In this document: piece after piece, positions 28,785-39,774 of the stretch
Layout of the letters: every line of letters begins with the position of its first letter
Position numbering within the stretch: position 1 is the first letter of the stretch
IMG/VR virus record: IMGVR_UViG_3300021512_000003
Coordinates: 1 to 64,000 of that record
Strand: one strand, 5' to 3'
DNA from: a virus
Length of the DNA stretch: 64,000 nucleotides
The notes under the pieces: model-generated
Database searches by the model: none
What the model was told of the DNA's origin: nothing
The model's input: the letters and a program-made list of their open reading frames with translations, nothing else
Translations under genes and position numbers: made by a program

Positions 28785-30836
28785 ATGCCAAACGAGATTA
28801 AAGACTGGACTATTAAGCTTGGCATGGATCTTTCTGATGTTGAGAAAGGTCTTAAGAGAATAGACGGCCTATTGGACAAACTCAATAGGAAGTCAGCCAA
28901 GATTGCAGGTGGCTCTGTAAGGGGTTCTGGAGCAAGAGCTACTACAAGTGGTGGGGGTTCTGGCACTGTACACAGGGGCTTAGAGGGTAGACAGTTTAGG
29001 GCTGAGACTAGGATAATGTCTACTGAAGAACGGGGTCAAAACATCTTAAGAAGGATTGACCCAAACACAACAGACGCTCGACTGAAAGCTATCCGTGAAG
29101 AAGTAGGTAAGACTGTCTCTGAGCTAGGCTCTCTTAGGGTTGCTGCCAAGAAAGCTACAACAGGTTTACAGTTTGATAAGATCAGTAGAAGTGTTGGGCA
29201 ATTAAACAGGGACTTGGGCGGGATAACACAGAGCTTTAATAGAACTACGAGAGCTATGGAGAGGCAGAAAATAGCTGCCAACGGCCTAAGAGACAGTATG
29301 AGAAACCTTGTTAGGACTTATGCCTCTGTATTTGCAATAGTAGGTGTAGGACGCTCTTTCTTTAGGGTAGGGAAGCAATTAGAGTCGTTAGACGCAACTT
29401 TGTTAGCAGCGTCAGGCTCTACTAAGCAAGCAGCAATCGACTTTGAGTTTATAAGAAGAACCTCCCTTGGCTTAGGTATTGAGTTAAGAGAAGTGGCTGG
29501 AGGTTACGCCAAGATAGGCGCTGCATCAAGAGCCGCTAATTTTAGCACAGCACAAACAAGAGAAATCTTCTTGGCAGCTTCTGAGTCTGCAAGGTCTTTT
29601 GGTCTAAATGCCCAGAGAACTAATTTGGTGTTCTTGGCCTTTGGTCAAATCTTATCGAAAGGTAAGGTTAGTATGGAAGAGCTGCGTAGGCAGTTGGGTG
29701 AGCAGATTCCAGGTGCTTTCCAGATAGCAGCTAGATCCATGAACATGACTACCAAAGAACTGGATAAGATGGTCAGTAGTGGTAAGCTTTCCTCAGAAGA
29801 GTTTCTTCCTAAGTTTGCTGCTGAGTTAAGAAAGACTGTGAGAGAGACTGGTGCACTTGCCGCAAGTTTGAAGAAGGTTGAAGCAGAGCAACAACGTTTC
29901 ACTTCTCAAATGCAGTTAAATGTTAAGGCTGGGTTTGAAGCAGGTAAGGGTGGATTCGCAAGCTTCTTTCAAGACCTCTCTGGCGTACTACACACCCTCA
30001 CCCCAGCTTTTAAAGCCTTTGGTAGAGTGTTTGGTGGTACTGTAGCAGTAATAGGTACAGCAGTTAGGCTGCTTATGCCCCTTATCAACTTTGTTATAAC
30101 ACCGTTTACAAACTTAATCAATCTCATGGGTGCAGGTTTTAGTGCAGAGAAGTCTATTAAAGACTTAACCCTCCTAGACCGCTCTCTCAGGGTCATAGGG
30201 AATACACTTAAGAGTGTTGTTGGTTTGTTCTTTATTGCATTTGGTCTTGTAGAAGAGTTCAATAAGCTAGTAAGTATAGACGGCTCTGAGATATTTGCAG
30301 AGCAAATAAAGAAGATACATGTAACAATACAAGCTTTTGTAGGCTTCTTAAAAATAGTACCTAATACTATAAAGACTCTTTTAGGTAAGACTTTTTTAGG
30401 CAAGGCTATTTCAGCACTTGGTGGCGCCTTTTCAGGAATAGGTAAGTTTATAGTTACTAAGTTACCGCAAGTATTAGGTAAGGCTTTTAATGCAGTTTTT
30501 CAGGTAGTAAATAAATTACCCCTCTTTGGACTCTTATTTAGGATACCTGCACTAATAAGCAGGATGTCCAGTGGAGACTATGTAGGTGCAGCTATAGAGG
30601 TAGGTGCAGGGGTTGCCTCTTTTGTGCCAGGGACAGGAACTGCTGCTGCTGTCACTGCTGATATAGCACTCTTATTGCGGGACAGGGAGAGAAGAGCTGC
30701 CTCTACAAAAGGCACAGCCCCAGTCTCTGTAACTAGCGTAGTAAACGTAGAAGGCTTAACTGTAGAAGGTGCTGCTGATGTAATTTCAGAGGAAGTTGTT
30801 AACAAGATGCTATCAGGTGTAGCTAGAAATAACTAG
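28785..30836 (+). CDS. Tape measure protein
   Basis: QILSKGKVSMEELRRQLGEQIPGA tape-measure domain. Confidence 0.9.
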   Translation: MPNEIKDWTIKLGMDLSDVEKGLKRIDGLLDKLNRKSAKIAGGSVRGSGARATTSGGGSGTVHRGLEGRQFRAETRIMSTEERGQNILRRIDPNTTDARLKAIREEVGKTVSELGSLRVAAKKATTGLQFDKISRSVGQLNRDLGGITQSFNRTTRAMERQKIAANGLRDSMRNLVRTYASVFAIVGVGRSFFRVGKQLESLDATLLAASGSTKQAAIDFEFIRRTSLGLGIELREVAGGYAKIGAASRAANFSTAQTREIFLAASESARSFGLNAQRTNLVFLAFGQILSKGKVSMEELRRQLGEQIPGAFQIAARSMNMTTKELDKMVSSGKLSSEEFLPKFAAELRKTVRETGALAASLKKVEAEQQRFTSQMQLNVKAGFEAGKGGFASFFQDLSGVLHTLTPAFKAFGRVFGGTVAVIGTAVRLLMPLINFVITPFTNLINLMGAGFSAEKSIKDLTLLDRSLRVIGNTLKSVVGLFFIAFGLVEEFNKLVSIDGSEIFAEQIKKIHVTIQAFVGFLKIVPNTIKTLLGKTFLGKAISALGGAFSGIGKFIVTKLPQVLGKAFNAVFQVVNKLPLFGLLFRIPALISRMSSGDYVGAAIEVGAGVASFVPGTGTAAAVTADIALLLRDRERRAASTKGTAPVSVTSVVNVEGLTVEGAADVISEEVVNKMLSGVARNN

Positions 30837-30844
30837 GAGGTCTG

Positions 30845-31471
30845 GTGGGGTTATACTATATAAAAACAAAAGAGGGTACTGTATATGAGCTTGATTCAAC
30901 AAACTCTATACAAATATCTCTCCCATCACAAGCAACAAGGTTCCCTGTAGAGAGTGGGTCAGTTGTGTCAGATCATTATGTTAATAAGAACATAACAGCC
31001 CAGTTCAGTGGAACTGTCTCCTCTATCAAGAGTGTCAGGTTACAGCCACAGAGAGATAAAACACACAAATTAGTTCATAAATCTCCACAAGACTATATTA
31101 AAGGTTTGTATGAGATAAGAGACTCTAAGGAGAGTTTTACACTCTACTACAGTAATGATCTCAACCCAATCCTTAATTGTGTTTTTGAAGTGTTGTCTAT
31201 TAGCCAAAACCAGAACAGAGGCTCTGTTGGCAAGGACTCTAGCTACACTGTCTCTTTTACGGCAATACAGATAAGGTTTGCTTCTCCTTCACAGGTTATG
31301 TCTGAACCTAGGACTGAGTTTGTAGATCTGTTTTCAAAACAACAGTCAGGGGCAGGAGCAACTGACGAACCAACGGCAGACAAGGAAGGCACCCTTGATA
31401 AGGGTGTTAGGTTGTTCAAAGATCCATTTTTAGACAGTGCAAGAGTAACAGGCTTAGTAGGAGGAAGTTGA
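30845..31471 (+). CDS. Baseplate/tail-tip protein (Dit-like)
   Basis: TRFPVESGSVVSDH motif. Confidence 0.7.
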   Translation: MGLYYIKTKEGTVYELDSTNSIQISLPSQATRFPVESGSVVSDHYVNKNITAQFSGTVSSIKSVRLQPQRDKTHKLVHKSPQDYIKGLYEIRDSKESFTLYYSNDLNPILNCVFEVLSISQNQNRGSVGKDSSYTVSFTAIQIRFASPSQVMSEPRTEFVDLFSKQQSGAGATDEPTADKEGTLDKGVRLFKDPFLDSARVTGLVGGS

Positions 31472-31803
31472 TGCCATTAACTCTAAACGTACCTAACACA
31501 GCACACTCCTTACAGACTGTATCTCTTGGTGGTATAGATTATGACATCACTTACACCTACAACACAAGAGATTCTCGTTGGAGGATGGACATAAGTAAGC
31601 AAGGTGTTGTTGTTAAGTCAGGGATAAAGATTATGGAGAATCAGTCACTCCTAGGGAGATACCTCCTCAGTAATTTCGAGCATGGGGATATATTCTGTGT
31701 AAGGGTGGAGAAAGACAGTTCTAATGTAGGACGAGACAACTTAGGTTTAGATAAAGCCTATGAGTTGGTGTATTACACAAACGAAGAACTAAGTCAACTC
31801 TAG
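31468..31803 (+). CDS. Baseplate protein
   Basis: YNTRDSRWRMDI motif; position. Confidence 0.65.
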   Translation: MMPLTLNVPNTAHSLQTVSLGGIDYDITYTYNTRDSRWRMDISKQGVVVKSGIKIMENQSLLGRYLLSNFEHGDIFCVRVEKDSSNVGRDNLGLDKAYELVYYTNEELSQL

Positions 31804-31814
31804 GGGAGAGGGAG

Positions 31815-32900
31815 ATGTCTGATGTTTTCATTAGAAGCTATGAGCTAAGTATTGGTAGTAAGCAAAAGATGTTAGAGCTTGCAGTTTCTCCTTTGCTAAT
31901 AAGACCCTCTTTACGATCAGGTTTAAGTAAGGGGCGATTAAGCCCAGACAAACCCTCACTCGGTAAGTATAGGGACTACTTAACAGTCCAGCCTGGGGAA
32001 ACAACACTAAAGATAAAAGACTTACAGATAACAGCAGACATAAAGTACCTAGGCAGTATGTCTACTAATAATGATCAAACCTCCACTATCAAGATATACA
32101 ACATAGCCCCATCAAGGCTAAAGTATATTGAGGATAACGGAATTGTATTACTGAAGGCTGGCTATGTACAAAATGCTGAACTCCCCCTTGTCTTCACGGG
32201 ACAGATTGAAACACACCACACAAGAAAACAAGGGCAAGATCAAGTTACCACTCTTTTCTGTAAAGACCACCACATCACTCTAGGAAACTCCCGGGTGAGC
32301 CTTCATTGGGGGAAGCCCTCTAAAGGGAAGACGTTGACATACAGAGATGTGTTGGAGGACTTGATAGAGGAAGCTAAGGTTAGAGGAGTACCTCTAGGAG
32401 GATTCTACCCCCATTCAAAACCACTCCAACCAACCCAAGAAGCTCTGGCTTTAAACCTAGATGGCTTCACTGGTGCTGCTCTAACCGTACACAAGATAGA
32501 TGCACCCCTCCCTAATGGATACAATGCCGAAGGAAAGCTCTTAGATGAGATACAAGAGCTTTGTAACGACATTGACTACAGGATGTACCTTTCTCTTGGA
32601 AGTCTCTATGTAGAGCCTAAAACAGCCCCAGAAAGGGTAGAGGTTATCACCTTAGATAACTCACAGATAAAGAGCATTAAACCCCAGAATGATTCTTCTA
32701 CTAAGAGCCTTTCCTCAAAAGATAAGAAGAAGGGTGTTGTTGTTGACATGCTGTTGAATGGAAGTGTTAGCTTAAAAACTGTTGTGAAGATAAAAGAAGG
32801 TGAGTACAAGGGGAGTTACAAAGTAGACACTGTTACTCACAAGCTGGACTACGAGGGTGGAAGCTGGGATACCAGCATCAAGACCACTCAGGGAGGTTGA
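31815..32900 (+). CDS. Baseplate hub protein
   Basis: IKIYN...LKAGY...FTGQI; C-terminal YKVDTVTHKLD. Confidence 0.75.
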   Translation: MSDVFIRSYELSIGSKQKMLELAVSPLLIRPSLRSGLSKGRLSPDKPSLGKYRDYLTVQPGETTLKIKDLQITADIKYLGSMSTNNDQTSTIKIYNIAPSRLKYIEDNGIVLLKAGYVQNAELPLVFTGQIETHHTRKQGQDQVTTLFCKDHHITLGNSRVSLHWGKPSKGKTLTYRDVLEDLIEEAKVRGVPLGGFYPHSKPLQPTQEALALNLDGFTGAALTVHKIDAPLPNGYNAEGKLLDEIQELCNDIDYRMYLSLGSLYVEPKTAPERVEVITLDNSQIKSIKPQNDSSTKSLSSKDKKKGVVVDMLLNGSVSLKTVVKIKEGEYKGSYKVDTVTHKLDYEGGSWDTSIKTTQGG

Positions 32901-32903
32901 GAA

Positions 32904-33575
32904 GTGATTAATCCAAGCGAAGCTTTTGGAACGTTGCTTAAAGACTTTGCAAGACAAAGACTATACACAGCTATCCCTGCTGTAGTAGAGGCAGTGAATG
33001 ATTTTGGTAAAGATCAAACAGTAGATGTTAGACCTGTTATTACGAGAGTCTACGATGATGGTGTGATTCAACAGCCTGGTATTGTTGCAGGTGTCCCTGT
33101 TGTATATCCCTCTGGTGGTGGTGGGATGTTGTCCTTCCCTATAGAGAGGGGTGATACAGTATTAGTTGTTTACTCTATGAGGAGTATTGATGATTGGTTA
33201 GAGAGTAGTGGTGGAGCGATAACTCAAATCCCTACAACCAACAGGCATCATAACCCCACAGACGCAATAGCAATACCTGGCCTGTACACTAAGAAGAGTA
33301 ACCTTTCTCCTAACACAAAAGATGTCGAGCTTAAGTTCAATAACCTGTCTTTCAGGTTAGAGAAGAGTAGTGGTGATATGGTGTTAGAGAATCCAAGTCA
33401 TTCACTGAAGCTTAAAGCAGATGGCAGTGTGTTGCACTCCTCTGGTGCTCAGATAACAGCAGAAGGTGACTTCATCACTGCTACAGGGGTGTCTTTAAAC
33501 TTACACGTACATGCACAAGCAAATGATTCAGATAACAACGTACAAGTGCCTACATTCCCACCTACCGTGATATAG
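32904..33575 (+). CDS. Baseplate central spike (gp138-like)
   Basis: VPVVYP...FPIERGD...DAIAIPG; C-terminal HVH iron-binding motif. Confidence 0.85.
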   Translation: MINPSEAFGTLLKDFARQRLYTAIPAVVEAVNDFGKDQTVDVRPVITRVYDDGVIQQPGIVAGVPVVYPSGGGGMLSFPIERGDTVLVVYSMRSIDDWLESSGGAITQIPTTNRHHNPTDAIAIPGLYTKKSNLSPNTKDVELKFNNLSFRLEKSSGDMVLENPSHSLKLKADGSVLHSSGAQITAEGDFITATGVSLNLHVHAQANDSDNNVQVPTFPPTVI

Positions 33576-33591
33576 AGGTGCAGAGAAGCTT

Positions 33592-34041
33592 ATGGTAGAT
33601 ATATTTATAGACCCTCTTACACACGACATAAGTCTAGAAGATAATCAGATGAGGCTTACAGCGTCTGTTGAAGAGCTTACGAGACAGAAGGTAGCTGTAA
33701 CACTTCTTGCCTTTAGGGGAGAGTGGTTTGCTAATCAAACATATGGAGTACCTTACCTACAACAAGGAACTAACACACTCCAACTTCTTGGGAAGACTAA
33801 TAAGAATATTGCAGACACAGAGATAAAGGATGCAATCCTTACAAGAGATGGCGTAGTTAGTATTACTAAATATGAATCTTCTTTAGACAGTCAAAGAAAT
33901 CTTATAGTCTCAGCTGAAGTATTAACTGAAACAGGGGAGACAGTGACTATAGTGTTTGACATTACAGAAGGTATTCCAGCATACACAGGCGCTATTGCTG
34001 GTATTGCTATAGCAGGTGTAGCCATTGCAGGGACAATTTGA
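33592..34041 (+). CDS. Baseplate wedge, gp25-like
   Basis: FRGEWF...GVPY. Confidence 0.75.
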   Translation: MVDIFIDPLTHDISLEDNQMRLTASVEELTRQKVAVTLLAFRGEWFANQTYGVPYLQQGTNTLQLLGKTNKNIADTEIKDAILTRDGVVSITKYESSLDSQRNLIVSAEVLTETGETVTIVFDITEGIPAYTGAIAGIAIAGVAIAGTI

Positions 34042-34059
34042 TGAAGAGGTACAATAGTT

Positions 34060-34440
34060 GTGATTAGTTATTCCTCTGAACTAGCCCTTAAAAAGGAGAA
34101 GTTAGGGTTGTGGTCTTTAAAACAAGACTTCACATTCTCTTATAACAACAAACAGTACGTTATTAAAAATAATTTTTTAACTGATCTTGCTAGTGTACCT
34201 TTTCCGCTATCGTTGTGGCTGAAGCCTGATGGAGTATATAAAGAGTCTGCTGTTATACATGATTGGTTCTTAAAGGAGATGTACAACGGTAACTTAAACA
34301 TCTCTCGTAAGTATGCTTCTAACGCCTTCCTCGCTAGTCTCCGGTATCAAAATATACCAATGTATAAAATAATCATCCTTTACTCTGGTGTCCGGTTGTA
34401 CGACTTCTGTAAATATCTACAAAAGGATTTATTAAAATGA
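34060..34440 (+). CDS. DUF1353-family protein
   Basis: FLTDLASVP...AVIHDW. Confidence 0.75.
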   Translation: MISYSSELALKKEKLGLWSLKQDFTFSYNNKQYVIKNNFLTDLASVPFPLSLWLKPDGVYKESAVIHDWFLKEMYNGNLNISRKYASNAFLASLRYQNIPMYKIIILYSGVRLYDFCKYLQKDLLK

Positions 34441-34472
34441 AGGGAAAGACAATGTTATTTAGGGGGCAGTAA

Positions 34473-35366
34473 GTGACAGATACAGTATTCCAGAACGGCG
34501 TAACAATAGTTGAGGCTGATTGGCTCAATGATGTAAATAGAGTCCAGTATACAATAGCTGGTAATCCAGTAGATTTAGCAGAGATGCAGGTAAACCTAGG
34601 TATTTCTTCTAAAGCTAATATCTCTGGTGACGTGGCGCAGGATTTTGCAGCAAAAGATTTAGTAGCTACTGGAGACATCACGTTAGGCACAAATAATACC
34701 AGCGCCTTACGGGTGACCGACACCGCGGGGGAACGGATCGATGCTATCCGGATGGACTCGTTCGACAATTTGCGGATTGGCGATTCTTCTGGCGTCGATT
34801 TTCTTCAGATCGACTCACTGTTTGACCAAAAATTTAATATTGCGGGGTCAGAGGGGTTTAGGGTAACCGGCACGGGGTCAAAAACCACCGGGGTGCATGA
34901 GGTCACTTCCGGTGTTAAGTTCCCCTCAACACAAGTGCCAAGTGCAGACCCTAACACGCTGGATGATTACGAGGAAGGGACATGGACGCCTTCTTTAAGT
35001 GGCTCCGTGACCGCAGGGGACACCACATATATTACTCAAAATGGATGGTACACAAAAAATGGGAATGTCGTAACCGTACAGGGTCGAATAACGGTAGACC
35101 TAAAAGGCACCTTAGATGGTCTTGTGCAGATAGACAGCCTTCCCTTTACATCATCCAGTATAAGTAACTCTTACGGAACATGCACAATCAGCTTTGCGGA
35201 GGGTTTGGCTATTACTGCCGGGGAGAGTATAACGGGATTTGTTCAGCAGGGTGCTACTTTTATTCGCTTGCGGATTTGGAACGCTGCTACAGGGAGTGTG
35301 TACTACGATGACGCTGGGCTAACAGACGGCGCGGACTTTATGTTTGTTGCGGTATACAAGGTATAA
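34473..35366 (+). CDS. Tail fibre-like protein
   Basis: ADWLNDVN N-terminus; NTLDDYEEGTWTP...YTKNGNVV. Confidence 0.7.
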   Translation: MTDTVFQNGVTIVEADWLNDVNRVQYTIAGNPVDLAEMQVNLGISSKANISGDVAQDFAAKDLVATGDITLGTNNTSALRVTDTAGERIDAIRMDSFDNLRIGDSSGVDFLQIDSLFDQKFNIAGSEGFRVTGTGSKTTGVHEVTSGVKFPSTQVPSADPNTLDDYEEGTWTPSLSGSVTAGDTTYITQNGWYTKNGNVVTVQGRITVDLKGTLDGLVQIDSLPFTSSSISNSYGTCTISFAEGLAITAGESITGFVQQGATFIRLRIWNAATGSVYYDDAGLTDGADFMFVAVYKV

Positions 35367-35369
35367 AAT

Positions 35370-35966
35370 ATGATCACTAAACGGTATGAACAGAAGCTAG
35401 AAATTATGGACGATGGCCGGATTCAATGTTTGTTATCTACAATCGTAATCATGGATGGAGTAGAGATGGCTCCGAAGTTCCATCGTCATGTTGTTGATGT
35501 TGATGATGACCTGACCAATCAATCAGAGCGGGTTAAAGCTATCGCCCCTTTGATCTGGACGCAAGAAGTAAAAGCCGCGAGGTCAACATTCAAAGCCAAT
35601 CCAGAAGCCACAACAGCTATAACCCAAGGCATTGTAGAGAAAACTAAGGCAATCAATCACGTCCTACCAAGCGGGGCAATCGTCCAGCAAGTGTTCGATA
35701 TTGTAGAAGAGGACGGGGTAGAGGTTGGGATAGCCGCGCGGCCTAACAAATTGATTGACGTAGAAGCAGACACTACAAACGAATCTGAGCAAGTTAAAGG
35801 TTTGGCGCTTGGCACATGGAATCAAGAAGTAAAGGCCGCAGCTAATGCACGAAGGATCGCCACTATTGCAGAAAAAGGTAAGGCACTTCCTGAAGTGGTA
35901 GCGACAGCGAAAGCCAAGGCTAAGGAAGACACTGATTCTGTAGCAGGGAAAGCAGCAAGGACATAA
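35370..35966 (+). CDS. Fibre-associated protein with two tandem homologous domains
   Basis: DGVE...W(T/N)QEVKAA occurs twice. Confidence 0.6.
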   Translation: MITKRYEQKLEIMDDGRIQCLLSTIVIMDGVEMAPKFHRHVVDVDDDLTNQSERVKAIAPLIWTQEVKAARSTFKANPEATTAITQGIVEKTKAINHVLPSGAIVQQVFDIVEEDGVEVGIAARPNKLIDVEADTTNESEQVKGLALGTWNQEVKAAANARRIATIAEKGKALPEVVATAKAKAKEDTDSVAGKAART

Positions 35967-35994
35967 CAGAGTACAACTACTTTAGGGGGAGAGG

Positions 35995-37446
35995 ATGGCT
36001 GGACTGAGTAGTGACGGTTTAACTATAAAAAGATTACCAGAGATTATTGATGAAATAACTACCTCCGAAAGGAATAACATTTCTTCTAACATCTCAACAG
36101 AAGATGATGAAGTCTTAGGACAACTAAACAACATTATTGGAACGTCTCTTGCAGAGCTTTGGGAGCTAGTTGAGTCAGTTAATGACAACTTTAATGTAGA
36201 TAAGGCAGAAGGTAGAAACTTAGACGACCTTGCAGCCTTAGTAGGTATTTCTCGGATTGCTGCCTTAAAGACAACAGGCTCTGCAAGATTTACCGGAGTT
36301 GACGGCTCTGTAGTCCCTCTTGGAGCTTTAGCACAGAACCCTGTGAGTCTTGATAGGTTTCTAACAACAGAGGTGGTGAACATACAAGCAACTGCTTGCT
36401 ATGCTGCAACTATAACACCAGCACAAGTGTTAGACTCTACCTTGTATCGACTCACTATCAACACAACAGATTACGATTTCACCACCACTGGCTCTGCAAC
36501 GGATGTTCAGATCATACAAGGACTACAGGGGCTTATTGCTGTAGATACAGCAGCAACATGGATAGCAACACTAAACACAGAGAGTACACTCCTAACAATA
36601 ACAACAGATGATCCTAATGACATCTCTATTATAACCACCACGCTATTGACAGCAGATAGCGTTACGGTAGACGGTAGTATAGAGGCAGAGATTGCAGGGG
36701 CTGTTATTGCTCCTCCCAACTCAGTGATCTCTGTAGTGAGTAGTGTTGCTGGATGGGATGAAGTTACTAACCCAGAAGCCTTGACTGCAGGCAGAGCAGA
36801 AGAGTTAGACGAAGAGCTTAGGCTCCGTATAAGGGTGAGTCAGCAGATCAATGGTCTCTCTACAGTAGATGCTATTGAAGATGTAGTGTCCACTGTAGCA
36901 GGGGTGTCTAGTGTTCAGGTGATTGAGAATGTCACTCTCGTAACAGACGCTTTCGGAAGACCCGCTAAGAGCTTTGAGACGCTTGTAGACGGCGGTACAG
37001 ACTTAGACGTAGCTCAGGCTATATGGGTCTCAAAAGCAGCAGGAATAGCCACGTATGGAGGCTTAAGCGTAAGTGTTATTGATAGTAAGGGAAGACAGCG
37101 TGATGTTAACTTCTCAAGACCAGAAGACATCTACCTTGCCTTTAGGATAACCTATAGTTTGTATGATGAGGAAACCTTTCCAACAGAGGGTGAGCAGGCT
37201 ATAAAAGATGCTGTTGTTGCTACAACCTCCCTACTACAACTAGACGAGGATGTAATCCCCTCTAGGTATTACGGCCCAATCTACAATGCTGTATCTGGTA
37301 TTGATTCCTTAACTGTAGAAGTGCAAGCACTGGTTAACCAAGGTGACACCCCTTCAGGTGGTTCTTGGCAAACTACAAAACTTGCTATATCGTTTAACGG
37401 TAGAGGGACTACAGTAGACACAGATATAACAATAGTAGCGGTGTAG
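35995..37446 (+). CDS. Baseplate J-like protein
   Basis: AEGRNLDD, ELDEELR, KAAGIATYG, FSRP. Confidence 0.9.
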   Translation: MAGLSSDGLTIKRLPEIIDEITTSERNNISSNISTEDDEVLGQLNNIIGTSLAELWELVESVNDNFNVDKAEGRNLDDLAALVGISRIAALKTTGSARFTGVDGSVVPLGALAQNPVSLDRFLTTEVVNIQATACYAATITPAQVLDSTLYRLTINTTDYDFTTTGSATDVQIIQGLQGLIAVDTAATWIATLNTESTLLTITTDDPNDISIITTTLLTADSVTVDGSIEAEIAGAVIAPPNSVISVVSSVAGWDEVTNPEALTAGRAEELDEELRLRIRVSQQINGLSTVDAIEDVVSTVAGVSSVQVIENVTLVTDAFGRPAKSFETLVDGGTDLDVAQAIWVSKAAGIATYGGLSVSVIDSKGRQRDVNFSRPEDIYLAFRITYSLYDEETFPTEGEQAIKDAVVATTSLLQLDEDVIPSRYYGPIYNAVSGIDSLTVEVQALVNQGDTPSGGSWQTTKLAISFNGRGTTVDTDITIVAV

Positions 37447-37449
37447 CTT

Positions 37450-38220
37450 ATGGCCTTACCTAGAGTTTTTAATCACTTAGAGCAAGGGTCAGAAAGGCTG
37501 CTTTGGCAGTGGAGAAACTCTCCTAATCTAAAGGGACTCCTTCAAAGCTACATGGAGAGTGTACAGGAAGTAGAGACCACACTCTTTCAAATGCTAAACG
37601 CAAGGGGCTTAGATACAGCAACAGGAGAACAGCTAGACATCCTTGGGAAGATTATTGGAGAGCCTAGGACAGGAAGAAGTGATGAAGTCTACAGAGAAGC
37701 CCTTAAGCAGAGGGTGGTGGTTAATAATGCTGATGGGTCTACTGAGGTTGTATTAGAACTTATTCAGCTTGTTACAGGTGCTTCAAGAGTTACCTTCTTT
37801 GAGCACTACCCCGCATCACTAATACCTTTTGCAACAAGTGAACCTTCACTAGAAACCCTCTTACTGATGGTTAAGGCTAAGTCGGCAGGGGTCAGATTAA
37901 CACAGATGTTGTTTGACCCAACAGATGCTACAGTGATACCTCAAGAAGTAGGGGATGTCTCCGGAGGCAACCTTGTAACAGATGTAGGTGACCTTATTGT
38001 TGATGACAATGGAAATAATATCTCTGTAACTGTATATGGCACAGTAAGCCCTGGCTTATCCCCACTAGCTTCGACTAATGACCCACCAGGAACCAGTGCG
38101 CTCGCTTCTGTTGTATCTTTTGAGATACCAATTTCTGAGGCTACCATCTTAGTAGATAACAACGGTAATGAGATAGTAGATGATAACAGCAACCAAATAC
38201 AAATAGTAATCCCAGACTAA
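37450..38220 (+). CDS. Baseplate wedge protein (DUF2612-like)
   Basis: LDTATGEQLDILGKIIG...DEVYR. Confidence 0.8.
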   Translation: MALPRVFNHLEQGSERLLWQWRNSPNLKGLLQSYMESVQEVETTLFQMLNARGLDTATGEQLDILGKIIGEPRTGRSDEVYREALKQRVVVNNADGSTEVVLELIQLVTGASRVTFFEHYPASLIPFATSEPSLETLLLMVKAKSAGVRLTQMLFDPTDATVIPQEVGDVSGGNLVTDVGDLIVDDNGNNISVTVYGTVSPGLSPLASTNDPPGTSALASVVSFEIPISEATILVDNNGNEIVDDNSNQIQIVIPD

Positions 38221-38223
38221 GGA

Positions 38224-38568
38224 GTGGATATGGCTACTAGACCAACTGATGATTTTGTGTGGGCCACTGACAGTATCACTGAGCCTGTCTCAGGCTTACC
38301 TAACAAGACGGCCCCAACACCAGAGCTTGCTGCTTCTGGTCTCATAGGTAATGAGAATCTAGGCAGACAACACTACAACTACTTATTGAATAACCTCGCT
38401 GGGTGGGTTGCTCACTTAGACGAGAGGCACTCTACGGGGGACTTTGTGTTGGCAGATAGTAGTGAGACAGCTACAACAATTAATGCAAGATTAGGCGGTA
38501 CTTGGAGTGATAAAGGGACGGACACCATAGCAGGTGAGGCAGTCCGTCTATTTAAGAAAACAGCATAA
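38224..38568 (+). CDS. Tail fibre attachment protein (putative)
   Basis: RQHYNYLLN motif. Confidence 0.6.
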   Translation: MDMATRPTDDFVWATDSITEPVSGLPNKTAPTPELAASGLIGNENLGRQHYNYLLNNLAGWVAHLDERHSTGDFVLADSSETATTINARLGGTWSDKGTDTIAGEAVRLFKKTA

Positions 38569-38584
38569 GAGAGGGTAAATAAGA

Positions 38585-39760
38585 ATGACAACAATACAAA
38601 TATCAGGGTTCCCTTCTGCCACTACATTGGCTGATGCTGACATTACACATATTAAGCAAGGGACTACAGACAAGAAGGCTACAATGGCACAGATTAAGAC
38701 TGCTGCTGCTGTTGCTGTAAAGGAAGAAGGCTCTACTGTTGTAGCACAGCCAAAAGCTATTAACTTTTCTGGTGAAGGTGTGTCTGTAACAGACGATAGT
38801 GGGGTAGCTGATGTTGCTATTATAGCAGGGTCTAGTGAAGACAACCTCATTATTAATGGGAACTTTGATATATGGCAGAGAGGTACTTCGTTTACTTATA
38901 CCAACAGCTTCGCTCCTTCTTATGCAGATAGATGGAGAGTGCAAGGTACAGGGGGAGGAACAGTATCTCGTCAAAATCATGTACTCGGTCAAACAGATGT
39001 CCCAGGAGAGCCTGCTCACTTCCTCAGAACAACAGGGGGGAGTGGCGCTATTAGTGTGATACAGCTTGTAGAGGGCGCCCGGTCTCTGGCAGGTCGGACA
39101 ATAACAGTAAGCTTTTACTTAAGGACGGCATCTGCGACTTCGGTAAGAACACAAGTCATTCAGAGGTTTGGAATTGGTGGAAGTGGTGATGTCACACAAG
39201 CTGCCAGTTTTGAATCTGCAACCGTAGGGGCTTTCGCTAAACACTCATTCACATATACCACGGCAGGACTCTCAGGAAAAACGATAGGTACAGGTAGCCA
39301 CACGTATATAAGCATAGAGAGTAACAGCACTCCAAACAACTTTGACATATCTCAAGTAAAAGTAGAGATAGGCGACACAGCCACTCCATTCAAACGCAGA
39401 CACCCCTCAGAAGAGTTAGCCCTTTGCCAGAGGTACTACCAGAAAACATACGAGCTTGATGTCTTCCCAGGAGACACTTCTGAAAACAAAGAGGGGGCTT
39501 TCTTTGGTGTAGTTGTTGGTGGGGCTTCCACTATTGGTTCTTATCATGGCCCAGTTAGGATGAGGGACACACCATCTGTCACTTTCTACTCTGCAAGGAC
39601 AGGAGGGGCTTCTGGGACATTCTGGGACGTCCTTTCTAATACTGACAAGGCTGTTACAGCTGTTGCTTCAGGGGAGACTGGTACAGGTGTTAATCTGAAT
39701 GTTGCTGCTAGCACTACAACCACAATGGGCGGTCACATTGTCTTAGACGCAGAGCTATAA
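38585..39760 (+). CDS. Tail fibre protein
   Basis: NLIINGNFDIWQRG...ADRW...ELALCQRYY. Confidence 0.8.
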   Translation: MTTIQISGFPSATTLADADITHIKQGTTDKKATMAQIKTAAAVAVKEEGSTVVAQPKAINFSGEGVSVTDDSGVADVAIIAGSSEDNLIINGNFDIWQRGTSFTYTNSFAPSYADRWRVQGTGGGTVSRQNHVLGQTDVPGEPAHFLRTTGGSGAISVIQLVEGARSLAGRTITVSFYLRTASATSVRTQVIQRFGIGGSGDVTQAASFESATVGAFAKHSFTYTTAGLSGKTIGTGSHTYISIESNSTPNNFDISQVKVEIGDTATPFKRRHPSEELALCQRYYQKTYELDVFPGDTSENKEGAFFGVVVGGASTIGSYHGPVRMRDTPSVTFYSARTGGASGTFWDVLSNTDKAVTAVASGETGTGVNLNVAASTTTTMGGHIVLDAEL

Positions 39761-39774
39761 GGAGCAATAGACTA

